From an uncultured Deferribacteres bacterium (GTDB lineage Bacteria; Zhuqueibacterota; JdFR-76; DREG01), in the NCBI GenBank assembly GCA_913009825.1, contig CAJVYQ010000019.1, forward strand, positions 2,980 through 66,979: DNA of 64,000 bases, written 5' to 3'. Both the position numbers and the translations under genes were made by a program. Positions 1-9,905 of the stretch are shown one piece after another (the stretch's first letter is position 1; each line of letters starts with the position of its first letter). A model generated the notes under the pieces. It had not been told where the DNA came from and did no database searches. It saw nothing but the letters and a program-made list of their open reading frames with translations.

Positions 1-1056
1 GTATTCGGCTATAATGTAAACTGGCATATCGGTCAGCGCTATTACAGTATTGCCGACGAACGGGACACTAAAAAAATGGCGGCATTGTGTGCTGTTTTGG
101 GTTTGGTTGGTCCTGTTTTATGGATCATGCCCGTGTTGGTTGCCAAGGTTCTTTTCCCCGATTTAGGTTCTTTGTGGCCGGAATTGACCGAACCGACCGA
201 AGCCTCCTTTGTTACGTTGTGTCTGTTCATACTGCCCAACGGATTTCTTGGTGTGCTGGTTTCGGCAATTTTAGCTGCCAGTATGAGCTCGGCGGATTCC
301 ACGTTCAACTGGCTGGCGGCAGTGATCACCAAAGATGTTTACGTACCGTTAGTGAGAAAATTGAACGATGGGAAGGAACCTTCAGACCGGACCCAGTTGC
401 TTGTGGGCAAAGGAACCGTGTTGATCGTTGGCGTTTTGGCTATTCTCATTTCACTCGTTTTTCAAAAACACGGCAGCTCCTTCGATATTTACATGAATAT
501 CTATTCCATGACTACGCCGGTGTTGTTCATGCCGGTGATGGTTGGTCTGGTCTACCGCAAAACTCCCTGGTGGTCCGGGATGGCGGCGGCATCTGCAGGG
601 ATTGTCACGGTCATCGCCATGAACATTATTGTCGTAATGATCTCCGGTTTGTCTATTCATTCTGTCGGCGACATTTTTCAGAATGTGAGTTTTTCAATCT
701 TTGGTTTGCCCTATGGGAAATTCGAACTGAATATTTTCTTCGGCATTTTTTCCAGCGGGCTGGTTCTTTTTCTCTCCTCCCGGTGGCCGAATAAAAATCA
801 GGAAGATATTGACAGACTTGCCGCGCTGGATGCCGATCTGCGCGCACCCGCTTACGATAAAAACGGTCAAATCGACAAAAAAAGTATTCAGCCGTATAAA
901 ATTGTTGCCATCCTTTCCGGGATTTTAGGGGGGATGTTGTTGATTTTGTCTTTCGTCTCCGGCAGTTTCCGGGATATTTCCATCAATTTTATTACGGGAG
1001 CAGGCGCTCTGCTGTTCGGTTTGTTTTTCTGGCGGATGGCGAAAAAATATGCGTAG
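1..1056 (+). CDS. Sodium:solute symporter (SSS) family transporter, C-terminal part; the 5-prime end lies outside the window
   Basis: Frame 1 is open from nt 1 (VFGYNVNWHIGQRYYSIADERDTKK precedes the ATG at 76), so the listed 326-aa ORF is a fragment. It has many hydrophobic helices and a QRYYS..DER block typical of SSS permeases. Confidence 0.75.
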   Translation, partial: VFGYNVNWHIGQRYYSIADERDTKKMAALCAVLGLVGPVLWIMPVLVAKVLFPDLGSLWPELTEPTEASFVTLCLFILPNGFLGVLVSAILAASMSSADSTFNWLAAVITKDVYVPLVRKLNDGKEPSDRTQLLVGKGTVLIVGVLAILISLVFQKHGSSFDIYMNIYSMTTPVLFMPVMVGLVYRKTPWWSGMAAASAGIVTVIAMNIIVVMISGLSIHSVGDIFQNVSFSIFGLPYGKFELNIFFGIFSSGLVLFLSSRWPNKNQEDIDRLAALDADLRAPAYDKNGQIDKKSIQPYKIVAILSGILGGMLLILSFVSGSFRDISINFITGAGALLFGLFFWRMAKKYA

Positions 1057-1130
1057 TTTGGTGATGAACAAAAAGGTTCAAATTTATTTGGCCAACAGTT
1101 ATTTATTATTTAAATACAGGAGTTTAAATT

Positions 1131-3128
1131 ATGAAGAGAAGAGAAGTTCTCCGGTTATTGGGCAGTTCCGCTTTGCTGGCAACAGTACCCCCCTTTTTAA
1201 ATCCGAACCGCGTTTTTGCTGCGCAGAGAAGTGAGTCGGGCAACTTTTTCTTCTCACCGGCTGATATTCCCCGCATACAGGAAAACCGGAATACGGATTT
1301 GTTGGAAGACCACTTTCAAACGATGTTACGCGCGAATCTCAAAGAGGACAAGCAGTTCATCAAAAGAGCAGCCGGCACAAAAGATCTGGTGCGGGAATTT
1401 GCCCGCATGCAGGAAATCCTTCGCCGCGAAGCGTTGGTTTATCTTATCACCGGAGACAAAAAGCGGGGGGATTTTGCGCTGGATATCATGCGCACCATCA
1501 TAAAAATGCCCAAATGGGATTATTTTTTAACCGGCAATGAAACATTCGGTTTGCAGCGGGCGCCGGGCGCAGTGATCTATCTTCTTTTTACCCGGGAAGC
1601 GTTGGGCGATTTGATAGACCAAAAGCTGGGAAAAGAGCTGCTCGGTCAAATTGCGGAAAAAGGATGTCTGCCATGCTACCGCGCCCTGTGGGGAATGGAA
1701 CACAAAGAGACGGTAAAAAACTGGCATTTTGATCCGGAATACATGGCCAACTACGAAATTAACATGGAACGCTGGCCCGTCATTTTGGATGAAACAAATC
1801 TGAAAGCGATTCCGGTCACCGGTCTGGGACTTGGCGCTTTGGCGCTGGAAGGGATCGAACCGGAAGCAAAAGAGTGGTTGGATATGGCGGTTAACAGCGC
1901 CAAAGAATATTTGCAGCTATTTTCCCCGGACGGCAGTTATTTTGAGGGAATGGGCTACGCCGATTATTCGCTGCGGAATCTCATCCTTTTTATGGATGCG
2001 CATCAACGGATAAAAGGAGATGTGGATTGGTTCGATCTGGCCAATTTTTACGGTCTGTCCGAATATCTGGTTTGCATGCAACTGGGCAGAGACGGCAACA
2101 AACCGGATGTAGTTAATTTCAGTGATGCCAGGAGTACCGTCCATCCTATCACAGCGCTGTGGAGCGCCGACCGGGGGCACGATCCTCTGGCCCAATATGC
2201 GGCACAGCATTATTCCAGTCTTTTTGATTTCCACGATTACCTCTGGTACTATCCCGAACAGGAAGCGGTTCCGCCGTCTGTTTCGCTGAAAAACAAACGG
2301 TTCGATCTGGATATCATCGTCGCCAGAACCGGATGGGAGAAGAACGATTCTATGCTGGCATTCAAGAGCGGCACGCCGGCGAATCACGAACATGCCGACC
2401 GTAACAGCTTTATTTTTAAAACGTTCGACGAACGGTTGCTCACCGATCCGTTCGGAGCCGCTTACGACTGGCGCCAAAAAACATGGCTGCTGCGCCTGAC
2501 AGAGGCTCACAATGCCGTGCTGATCGATGGTAAGGGTCATCAATACAATGATGGCAGAGAAGGCACCAATGCTTCGCTGGCAGAGGCAAAAATTCTGCGT
2601 TACGTTGACCGCGGTGATTTTATCTGGTGGAACAGCGAAGCGACCCAGGCATATCATCTGGTCAATGAAGATGTGCGGTTTGTCATGCGTTCCGTTCTGT
2701 TTATAAAGCCGGATGTTATCCTCGTTTTCGACCAATTGGAAAAAGGGGACAAACCGTCCCGTTTTTCCGCTCGTTTTTTTCCGGATAACCGGGATGGAAA
2801 AGCAAAAATTCAGGTTCACAACAACCGATTCCGCATCGCCAGACCGAAGGCCAATCTGTTTGGCAAATCTTTGGCGAATGTGGCCGTTAAAGCGAAAAAA
2901 AGCAAACTCGATCTGCCTGAGAAGAATGGGGTTTTCCCGTTTGCCGAAATCATCGCCGCGCCGGGGAAACAGATTCAGATGGTCACCGTGCTGAAGGCGC
3001 AGCGAATCGAAGATTCCGGGCTGCCGGTCATCGACATCAAAAAAGGCGAAAAGGAGTGGGCGGTTACTGTCAATAAGTTGAACGTAACAATTGAAGTTTC
3101 CGGGAAATTGCCGGAGTTTTTAGGGTAA
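1131..3128 (+). CDS. Heparinase II/III-like (polysaccharide-lyase-like) protein with a twin-arginine-type signal peptide
   Basis: 665-aa ORF with AGGAG 8 nt upstream of the ATG. The N-terminus MKRREVLRLLGSSALLATVPPFLNPNRVFA looks like a signal peptide. The PANHEHADRNSFIF and AHNAVLIDGKGH blocks resemble the heparinase II/III C-terminal domain. Confidence 0.7.
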   Translation: MKRREVLRLLGSSALLATVPPFLNPNRVFAAQRSESGNFFFSPADIPRIQENRNTDLLEDHFQTMLRANLKEDKQFIKRAAGTKDLVREFARMQEILRREALVYLITGDKKRGDFALDIMRTIIKMPKWDYFLTGNETFGLQRAPGAVIYLLFTREALGDLIDQKLGKELLGQIAEKGCLPCYRALWGMEHKETVKNWHFDPEYMANYEINMERWPVILDETNLKAIPVTGLGLGALALEGIEPEAKEWLDMAVNSAKEYLQLFSPDGSYFEGMGYADYSLRNLILFMDAHQRIKGDVDWFDLANFYGLSEYLVCMQLGRDGNKPDVVNFSDARSTVHPITALWSADRGHDPLAQYAAQHYSSLFDFHDYLWYYPEQEAVPPSVSLKNKRFDLDIIVARTGWEKNDSMLAFKSGTPANHEHADRNSFIFKTFDERLLTDPFGAAYDWRQKTWLLRLTEAHNAVLIDGKGHQYNDGREGTNASLAEAKILRYVDRGDFIWWNSEATQAYHLVNEDVRFVMRSVLFIKPDVILVFDQLEKGDKPSRFSARFFPDNRDGKAKIQVHNNRFRIARPKANLFGKSLANVAVKAKKSKLDLPEKNGVFPFAEIIAAPGKQIQMVTVLKAQRIEDSGLPVIDIKKGEKEWAVTVNKLNVTIEVSGKLPEFLG

Positions 3129-3274
3129 CTGATCACAGAGGTAAGTCCGGTCAACCCCCTGTGTCTCTCTTCAATGGGAAAGTAAAAGTCCCCTCTTGAG
3201 AGGGAATTTAGGCCTGCCTGCGCAGGCAGGGGTGTGTTTCTCCGCGCTACCGGAGCAGTTACCTGAAATAGTTA
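3124..3274. mobile_element. MITE/REP-like intergenic element (family E: GGTAACT... terminus, CCCCTCTTGAGAGGG and CCTGCCTGCGCAGGCAGG hairpins, ...ACCTGAAATAGTTA terminus)
   Basis: The inverted termini GGTAACTGATCAC / ACCTGAAATAGTTA relate to the GTAACTATTCAGG motif seen at more than 10 other sites. The left terminus contains the TAA stop (3126-3128) of the upstream gene. The internal hairpin modules are shared with the elements at 23.4 and 60.4 kb. Confidence 0.6.
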
Positions 3275-3423
3275 AAAAAATTGATGGCGATTCAGCGAAT
3301 CGATCTACATGATTTTGGGTGGAACGAATACGGTTTTTTCGTCAAAATTCATCGTGGTTTCAGCGATAAAACACGCATTTTTTACACAGTGGCACATAGA
3401 CTCAAACAACAGAGGTCTTCTTT

Positions 3424-4653
3424 ATGCAACAACTTCGATTTGTTATTATCGGTATCGGCGGATATTCATTGGTTCATCTTGCAGCAATCGACTGGCTGCA
3501 GGAACAGGGGTTGGCGCAACTGACGGGTGTGGTTGCGCTGGAAAGCGAGAGAAAAACCAAACCGGAATTGATCCGATCTTTGCAGGATAAAGGGATACCT
3601 CTTTACGGAACCATCGACGATTTTTTTCAGAACGGAACAGATACCGCGGATGTTCTTACTGTCCCCATCGGGATTCATCAGCACGTGCCGGTCAGCATCC
3701 GGGCAATGCAGCACGGTTTGGATGTGTACTGCGAAAAACCTTTAGCCGCCACCGTGCAGGAAGCGGATGCGCTGATCGAAGTAAAAAATGAGACCGGCAG
3801 AAAAATTGCCGTCGGCTACCAGCATATTTACAGCAATTCCATGCAGCAATTAAAGCGGCTCATCCACGACGGGAAATTGGGCCGGGTTCAATCCATTTCG
3901 TTACTATGCGGCTGGCCGCGCAGCAAACAATACTACCGGCGCAACAATTGGGCTGGGAAATTAAAACTGAGCGAACACTGGATTCTGGACAGCCCCGCCA
4001 ACAATGCCCATGCTCATTATTTATTGAACACGCTCTATCTCGCTTCTCCCTTGCCGCAACAAGCCGCCAATCCGGCAGAGCTCCGGGCTGAATTGTACCG
4101 GGCCAATCATATCGAAAGTGCGGATCTGGCTCAGATTAAATTCAGAACCGATACCGGAGCTGATTGTTTCATCTCTTTTGCCCATTGCAACCAAACAGAA
4201 CTGGGGCCAAAGATGAGCCTGCAATGTGAGAAAGGAAAAGTTTATTGGCAAACCGATAACGGAAAGACCGAAATCAAATACACTAACGGTGAGACGGAAG
4301 AATTTGACAACCTCACGCATGAAAAATGGCGATTCGACGGTTTCAAAGATTTTGTAAGTGCCGTGCGGGAAAACAGGCAGCCTCTGTGTACGCCTGAATT
4401 GGCCAGAGCGCAAACCCAGGCCGTATCCGCCATGCACCGGAGCTGTCCGGAAATTGTAACCATCCCGGAGGGGCATATTATCGAAATCGAAGACTGGGAA
4501 ATGTTTCCCCCGGACACCAGAGGGGATTTTCGCCGGGTGAAAAATCTGGATGACTATTTAAAGAAATCGTTTACAGAAAATCTGTTTTTCAGTGAAATGG
4601 GACTATCCTGGGCAAAAGGGATCGATGCAAAATGGGTGCAGGCACGCGGTTAA
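3424..4653 (+). CDS. Gfo/Idh/MocA family NAD(P)-dependent oxidoreductase
   Basis: 409-aa ORF with an N-terminal Rossmann motif (RFVIIGIGGYSLVH) and the family-typical CEKPLA block. Confidence 0.75.
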   Translation: MQQLRFVIIGIGGYSLVHLAAIDWLQEQGLAQLTGVVALESERKTKPELIRSLQDKGIPLYGTIDDFFQNGTDTADVLTVPIGIHQHVPVSIRAMQHGLDVYCEKPLAATVQEADALIEVKNETGRKIAVGYQHIYSNSMQQLKRLIHDGKLGRVQSISLLCGWPRSKQYYRRNNWAGKLKLSEHWILDSPANNAHAHYLLNTLYLASPLPQQAANPAELRAELYRANHIESADLAQIKFRTDTGADCFISFAHCNQTELGPKMSLQCEKGKVYWQTDNGKTEIKYTNGETEEFDNLTHEKWRFDGFKDFVSAVRENRQPLCTPELARAQTQAVSAMHRSCPEIVTIPEGHIIEIEDWEMFPPDTRGDFRRVKNLDDYLKKSFTENLFFSEMGLSWAKGIDAKWVQARG

Positions 4654-4725
4654 TTTTCGTTTATTTTTGGCCACAGAAATGAGATGCTGCAGAATTGATT
4701 TTGAAGAGTGTCAGTCAAAAAGCAA

Positions 4726-4760
4726 ACCTTCCGGGTTTTAAAAACCCGGAAGGTTTTTTT
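4726..4760 (+). terminator. Rho-independent terminator
   Basis: Perfect 14-bp stem ACCTTCCGGGTTTT / AAAACCCGGAAGGT followed by a T7 run, 73 nt after the stop at 4653. Confidence 0.8.
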
Positions 4761-4774
4761 GCGGCCAAAATGTC

Positions 4775-4922
4775 GTAACCAATCACGGGGATGTTAGTAC
4801 ATAATGTCATTCAGGATGAATCCTTTCAGTTCTGTAGTACAAATCAACAAGATTCCTCCTGAATGACAAGATAATTACTCCGCTTCACTATTACGATAAT
4901 CAAAAGTCCCGTGATCGGTTAC
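4775..4922. mobile_element. MITE-like element with nested inverted repeats
   Basis: Outer inverted repeat GTAACCAATCACGGG / CCCGTGATCGGTTAC. Inner inverted repeat GTCATTCAGGATGAATC / GATTCCTCCTGAATGAC, whose CCTGAATGAC core recurs at 59.9 kb. Confidence 0.6.
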
Positions 4923-4944
4923 AAAATGCCCACACAACAAATCT

Positions 4945-6753
4945 TCATCTTATTCCCACGGTATTAAAATCCAGAATCATTTTTTCATCCTTGTAGGTCA
5001 TTTCCAATTCGCCGCTGCCGACTTCCGCATGCAAAAAAGGCCCTTTAAATAATTTATACGATTTAAAATCAAGCGGCCTGCCGTTTACCATTCGTTGGCC
5101 GCCGTAGGTGAATTGCAGGTTGTCTCCTGCTGAGGTGATGTATTTTACCGTCATTTTTGCATTAAAGTCCGTCATATCAATGAAATTCGCTTTGATCTGC
5201 TGCCGGAAGGCTGCAAAGGTGGGATAATCATCGGCGGAAGCGACTTCAACGATACAACCGTTTTTAAGATCTGTGCTGCGCAGGCGCCAGTCGATATCCT
5301 CTTCAATCCAGCGGTACCGCTTCAACGGAAAATAGGCGATGTAGGTTTTTCCGGCGCGACAGAATATCCAGCGTGATGCCGTGGAATTTTCGTTGAAAGG
5401 TTGGAAAATCCGCTCATCCAGGTCTTTCGGGAAAAAGCCGTCAATATGCTCAAATTGCGTGCCTCCGGGAATGTTGTACAGCGCGATGAGTATATTTTTA
5501 TGCTGGAACGTCTGTTCGTACGGAGAGCTGGACACCCATTTGTCTTCTTTGCCGTAATAGGTGTGAAAATGCGCCACTTCGGCCAGAGTAAATTTCATCT
5601 CTTCGGGAAAGAACATGCCCAGTTCGCGCTCGCCGATATAAGGATGCACGGTAAAAAGAGTACAATTTGGCTTATCCGAAACGAATGTTACATCCCAGGT
5701 ATGCTCCTGAATCGGCTGTAAAATGCCGCCCTGCATGGAGCCGAGACAGAAATATTTGGTCATATAATCGTATTTATAAACGGGCGGGTTGCGGTCTTTA
5801 CTAAAACGAATGATATTGCGCACTCTCTTCGTTTCAGTATGAATATAAGGCTTACTACGATCCGTGGCGATATGGTAAATAAGTTCCGGCATGTGATAAT
5901 CACTCAAAGCCGCCGCCAGAATTTCCGGCCGCATCACCGGTTCCGTCTGCCCGAACATGAGCCAGGCCCATCCGGTGCTGGGCGCATGTTTCGGTTCGAC
6001 AGCATCGAAGGGATAATCCCGGCTGTGTGCGCCGCAGTACATTCCTTGCAGATGTTCTGCAGCAAAATCGGCCAAAAGATAATGCACCATCATCTTTGCT
6101 TTTTTCTTCAAAACCGGGTCGGCTGCAAACTGCTGCAAAATCAGCATGGGCGCCAGGTAGACAATCATGTAGGTGGGCGAATCAAATTCTCCCTGCCCGA
6201 TTGTTGTTGTGGTTCTGATCCAGTCGTACAAAAAACCTTCCGCCTCGGTAAAATTTTCCGCCGAGCTTTTCCCGGTGTACCAATGATCACCGGAAAGCCC
6301 GTTCCAGGTCTGAGCCGCTAAATAGAGACCGGTGTAGTACATCACCCAGTGGTTTTCCGTGTCGCCGCGATACAGCGGCCGGATTGCAAAAGAGCGGCGG
6401 ATTTTTTCTGTCAACGCCGGTGGAATCATGTCACCGCCGTACAGATAGGCGGCCATCAATTCATAAATCACAAACATGCCGCGGCTGCTCGCCGAAGGAT
6501 CGTTCAATAAATTTTCAAGCATGCGCAGCGCCGCAGGAACATCCTGTCGCCGGTGTAATTTAGCGGCAACGTAGAAATAGTTTTCCGTCTTTGTGGAATC
6601 TGTAAACGCAAACAGATGGTTACAGCGCTGTTGATAATTTCCGCGGACGGAACCTGTTTGCGGCAAATTGCCCGCGCCGTACAGAACGGTGAGAGGATAC
6701 ATAGTTTCCATAATGACCACGAAAAGAAAAAGGCTCAGGCATATTTTATTCAT
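4945..6753 (-). CDS. Secreted hypothetical protein (helical N-half, beta-rich C-half, possibly a glycan-active enzyme)
   Basis: 602-aa ORF with a hydrophobic N-terminal signal-like segment (MNKICLSLFLFVVIM). I recognise no catalytic motif. It sits next to the heparinase-like and oxidoreductase genes. Confidence 0.45.
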   Translation of the reverse strand: MNKICLSLFLFVVIMETMYPLTVLYGAGNLPQTGSVRGNYQQRCNHLFAFTDSTKTENYFYVAAKLHRRQDVPAALRMLENLLNDPSASSRGMFVIYELMAAYLYGGDMIPPALTEKIRRSFAIRPLYRGDTENHWVMYYTGLYLAAQTWNGLSGDHWYTGKSSAENFTEAEGFLYDWIRTTTTIGQGEFDSPTYMIVYLAPMLILQQFAADPVLKKKAKMMVHYLLADFAAEHLQGMYCGAHSRDYPFDAVEPKHAPSTGWAWLMFGQTEPVMRPEILAAALSDYHMPELIYHIATDRSKPYIHTETKRVRNIIRFSKDRNPPVYKYDYMTKYFCLGSMQGGILQPIQEHTWDVTFVSDKPNCTLFTVHPYIGERELGMFFPEEMKFTLAEVAHFHTYYGKEDKWVSSSPYEQTFQHKNILIALYNIPGGTQFEHIDGFFPKDLDERIFQPFNENSTASRWIFCRAGKTYIAYFPLKRYRWIEEDIDWRLRSTDLKNGCIVEVASADDYPTFAAFRQQIKANFIDMTDFNAKMTVKYITSAGDNLQFTYGGQRMVNGRPLDFKSYKLFKGPFLHAEVGSGELEMTYKDEKMILDFNTVGIR

Positions 6754-6918
6754 GATTTAACTGCAACTCATCTGTGCTGATAACTAACAGAAATTACCCG
6801 TATGAAGATAAATCTCCAGATTTTAAAATGCTGCTGACCGGGATTATTATAAGTCTTATTGAAGCAAGCAATAATCTTTTAATACATGACATGTTAAGCA
6901 GCTGTAGAACAAGTTTCT

Positions 6919-7056
6919 AAACGCAGAGTTCGCAAAGGACGCAGAGAATGTCGTTTTAATAAAGCAAAATTGTCCAATTATTTCAAAGGACAAAAATGTT
7001 ACAAAATGATTAAGCTTCTCGCTGCACAACTCTGCGGCCTCGGCGAACTCTGCGTT
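6919..7056. repeat. Palindromic CTCTGCG-family element (family C)
   Basis: Perfect 14-bp inverted repeat AACGCAGAGTTCGC ... GCGAACTCTGCGTT with additional internal GACGCAGAG / CTCTGCGG arms. Related copies lie at 13.0-13.6 kb and 40.39 kb. Confidence 0.6.
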
Positions 7057-7098
7057 AATTTTTTATGAATAATCCGGACTAAACATTTTTACACATCA

Positions 7099-8136
7099 TC
7101 ATTTTATGACAAAATCCCACACCTGCGAAGTTTCCAAACCGATAAAACGCCAGTTCGCCCCGGCATTTTCACTGATGAAAACACCTCCGCCCAGCGTGCC
7201 GCAGTACACTACATCATGATCGAAGGGATCGACGCAAAGTGCATGAACGGATAAATTTGTGAGACCTTCATTGCGGGACTGCCAGGAGTTTCCCCCATTC
7301 CCGCTTTTGTAAACTCCGCCACGGAATGTTCCGGCATAGATGATATTTGCATCCGCCGGATCAAAAGCGAGGGCATAAATAGTGCGGTGATGTAAACCGT
7401 TGTTTTTCTGCCGCCAGAATACACCGCCGTCAAAAGAGAAAAACACACCGTCGTCCTCGGTTCCGGCGACAAGTTCCGTCCCGGAATGAGGACTTTGTAA
7501 AATTGTGCGGCTTCCCTTCCCTTCCAGACCCGCCAACTGCCAGTTTTCCGCCCCGTCCGTGCTGATATACACTCCCGCTTCCGTTGCCGCAAACAATTTT
7601 TTCCCGACGATAATGACTGACGAAGTGAAGGTACTTTCAAAACCGCGGTTTTTTTCTCGCCAGGTTTTACCGCCATCGCTGCTTTTAAAAATACCATAAG
7701 CCGTGGCCGCATAAACCGTGTGCGGATTCTGTGGATCGATGGCCACTTTCAGACACTCGGTCATTCGCCAATCGGTTACAATTTGCCATTTTTCTCCGTC
7801 ATCAACGGATTTCTGGATGCCATTGCCGCAGGACAGGTAAAGAATTTTGCCACTGCTGCCGGGCTGAATAGCCACGGAAAAACATTTGGTGTACTCCCAA
7901 CCGTAATGGCGCCAGGTTACACCGCGATCAGATGTAGTGAACAAGCCGACAGCCGGGTTGTTCCTGCCGCCGATGGTAAATTTTTGCGTGCTGCGGGTAA
8001 CCACATATAGAACAGAATGATCCGGCTGGTTTACAGAGGGACTTTCGCCGGAAAAGGAAGATGTTTGACCTTGACTCATGTTACTCCAGCAGAAGATAAA
8101 AAGAAAGCATTGAATTGCGAATATTTGCTTTTTCAT
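7099..8136 (-). CDS. BNR/Asp-box repeat beta-propeller protein (Ycf48/sialidase-like fold), secreted
   Basis: Seven SxDxGxxW-type Asp-boxes (TSDRGVTWR, SVDDGEKWQ, SSDGGKTWR, STDGAENWQ, SFDGGVFWR, SGNGGNSWQ, SENAGANWR). The internal Met MKKQIFAIQCFLFIF gives a signal peptide, so I place the start at 8136 rather than 8190. Confidence 0.7.
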   Translation of the reverse strand: MKKQIFAIQCFLFIFCWSNMSQGQTSSFSGESPSVNQPDHSVLYVVTRSTQKFTIGGRNNPAVGLFTTSDRGVTWRHYGWEYTKCFSVAIQPGSSGKILYLSCGNGIQKSVDDGEKWQIVTDWRMTECLKVAIDPQNPHTVYAATAYGIFKSSDGGKTWREKNRGFESTFTSSVIIVGKKLFAATEAGVYISTDGAENWQLAGLEGKGSRTILQSPHSGTELVAGTEDDGVFFSFDGGVFWRQKNNGLHHRTIYALAFDPADANIIYAGTFRGGVYKSGNGGNSWQSRNEGLTNLSVHALCVDPFDHDVVYCGTLGGGVFISENAGANWRFIGLETSQVWDFVIK

Positions 8137-8203
8137 GATAGCATTTCGCTTCAGGCCGTATTTTGGAATGTGACCATCGGGGTTGTTCATTCAAAATGAA
8201 TAA

Positions 8204-8379
8204 GTAACTACCCAGGTATGCTTTGTGAATTAGCTGTAATCACGCTTCGACTCCCTGCTCGCAGCAGGCAGGCGCTAAGCATAGCTATTTAAGCCGGTCT
8301 GAGCCCTTCGTCAAGCTCAGGATAAACCCGGTCGAAGGTTTTTCTACACATTAAAAAATAAGCATACCTGAGTAGTTAT
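8204..8379. mobile_element. MITE-like element, family B
   Basis: Terminal inverted repeat GTAACTACCCAGGTATGCTT / AAGCATACCTGAGTAGTTAT. The internal blocks TAATCACGCTTCGACT, AGCATAGCTATTTAAGCCGGTCTGA and GTCGAAGG are shared with the copy at 44571-44725. Confidence 0.75.
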
Positions 8380-8458
8380 ATAAATAAAATAAATCTGTCC
8401 GGGGTTTTTACAGGATGATTTTCAAAGCGTATTTTAAAATCATCCCTCCGGGCAGAAA

Positions 8459-9388
8459 TTATTCCGTTTCTGAAGGCTGCCCTTCCAACATTTTTTTACG
8501 CGTCACAATGCGATATTTCCTTGGCGACATACCGGATATCTCTTTGAAAACGCGGTAAAAATGAGCGAGATCATTGAAGCCGGATTCGAAACAGATATGA
8601 GCAATTTGCTGATCCGTTTCCGCTAACATTTTTTGTGTGTAGTGAATGCGATGGAAACGTAAAAATTGTGTAAAAGTAACGCCGTAAACCGCTTTGAATT
8701 GATTGGTGAATTGGCGTACGCTCAGGCAGGCCATCCTGGCCATATTTTCCACGTTGATCTGCTCGTAAAAATTATTGGAAATATAGTCCGCCACTTTCTG
8801 AATCCGGTCCTGAGTGGGATTGGTATCACCGCATTGGTTGGGTACCGGGACGCTCATATAAATGCGATTGAGCGCTACCAGTAAACTGATTGTAGTTGCC
8901 TGAATAGTGGAAATATAACCAAATCTTTTCAGACGCTGCTCGTATAAAATCTGACGAATCATTCTGCGGATTTCGTAAGCGGCGTAATTGTAACGGGTTA
9001 GAGGTTTCATGTGTCTTTTATAAAGGGTCACAAGTTGATCCAATTGTTCTGAGAACATCTCAATCTCTCTCAGAGTTTCAACATCCAAAGCCAAAATATA
9101 CAGAGACAACGGAGAATTTTCAACATCGCGCAAATAGTGATTTGTGTGGCGGGGCACAACAAATATATTTTCCGGCTCTAATTTAACACTCTGCTTCTCA
9201 ACAAAACAATCGGCACTCCCCTCTAAAATATAATAAAGTTCCATGAATTCATGATCCTCCGGTTCCATGGAAAAACCGCTTTCATGGTGACTTTCACCGA
9301 TAACAATGCTATAATTGGGGAAATTAACCGGTATGGGTTCCCGGGTTGTCTCCACTTTTGGTTTCACATCTATCAAAAATTCCGGCAT
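8459..9388 (-). CDS. AraC family transcriptional regulator (cupin-like sensor plus HTH_18)
   Basis: 309 aa. The C-terminal two-HTH AraC signature is present (NVENMARMACLSVRQFTNQFK ... ICFESGFNDLAHFYRVFKEISGMSPRKYR). Confidence 0.85.
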   Translation of the reverse strand: MPEFLIDVKPKVETTREPIPVNFPNYSIVIGESHHESGFSMEPEDHEFMELYYILEGSADCFVEKQSVKLEPENIFVVPRHTNHYLRDVENSPLSLYILALDVETLREIEMFSEQLDQLVTLYKRHMKPLTRYNYAAYEIRRMIRQILYEQRLKRFGYISTIQATTISLLVALNRIYMSVPVPNQCGDTNPTQDRIQKVADYISNNFYEQINVENMARMACLSVRQFTNQFKAVYGVTFTQFLRFHRIHYTQKMLAETDQQIAHICFESGFNDLAHFYRVFKEISGMSPRKYRIVTRKKMLEGQPSETE

Positions 9389-9614
9389 GATTCCTCCCTG
9401 TGCGTAAATAATAGAACAACAATTTCAATATTGCAGCAACGGGATCTTTTGTACGTGAAGAAATTGTTTAATAATATAAAGATTATACTATAATATCAAG
9501 TTATTTGTTACAGTTTTGAATTGTTTACATTAAGCTAAATTTATTTCCTGTTCCACTCATTCATCCTTTTAAATATTGAATCTCAAACAAATATTCCCTA
9601 CTTTAAATAAACAG

Positions 9615-9835
9615 GCAACTATTCAGGTATGTGCTGAAAATATTGAGTAAAATTTAATTTATGGCAAAAAGATAAGGAAAAACGTTGAAATTAGAAATTG
9701 AAAATTAGAGATTAGGATTATCATACTTTCTATTCATTTGATTCATCAATTTCTAATTTCAAGTTTCAGCTTAATATTTGCAGCGTAGAACACATACAAA
9801 TGAAACTTTTGTATCCTTACGACTGCATAGTAACT
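9615..9835. repeat. AT-rich intergenic element with a GCAACTATTCAGGTATG terminus and an internal 17-bp perfect inverted repeat
   Basis: The left end carries the shared terminus motif. TTGAAATTAGAAATTGA (9685-9701) and its exact reverse complement (9746-9762) are separated by 44 bp. The right end (GCATAGTAACT) is degenerate. Confidence 0.45.
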
Positions 9836-9905
9836 AAATTAGATTGTTTCGTTACTGCCAAATGCAGGTGAAATAATTTTTTGATTTCAAATTGCGTAAA
9901 CGACC

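Noticed and set aside
1917-2819. Long antisense or alternative-frame ORFs inside confident genes (for example 1917-2819, 17403-18170, 18125-18739, 30961-31815, 36816-37376, 42582-43268, 54699-55328, 63047-63637 and 87-794).
   Set aside because: They lie fully within genes that carry strong family motifs on the other strand or frame. Their products are low-complexity and R/G/H-rich, and they lack RBS context. These are typical shadow ORFs.
8137-8190. An 18-codon N-terminal extension of the BNR protein ORF.
   Set aside because: The internal Met (MKKQIFAIQCFLFIF) gives a canonical signal peptide, and the extension is hydrophilic and unnecessary.
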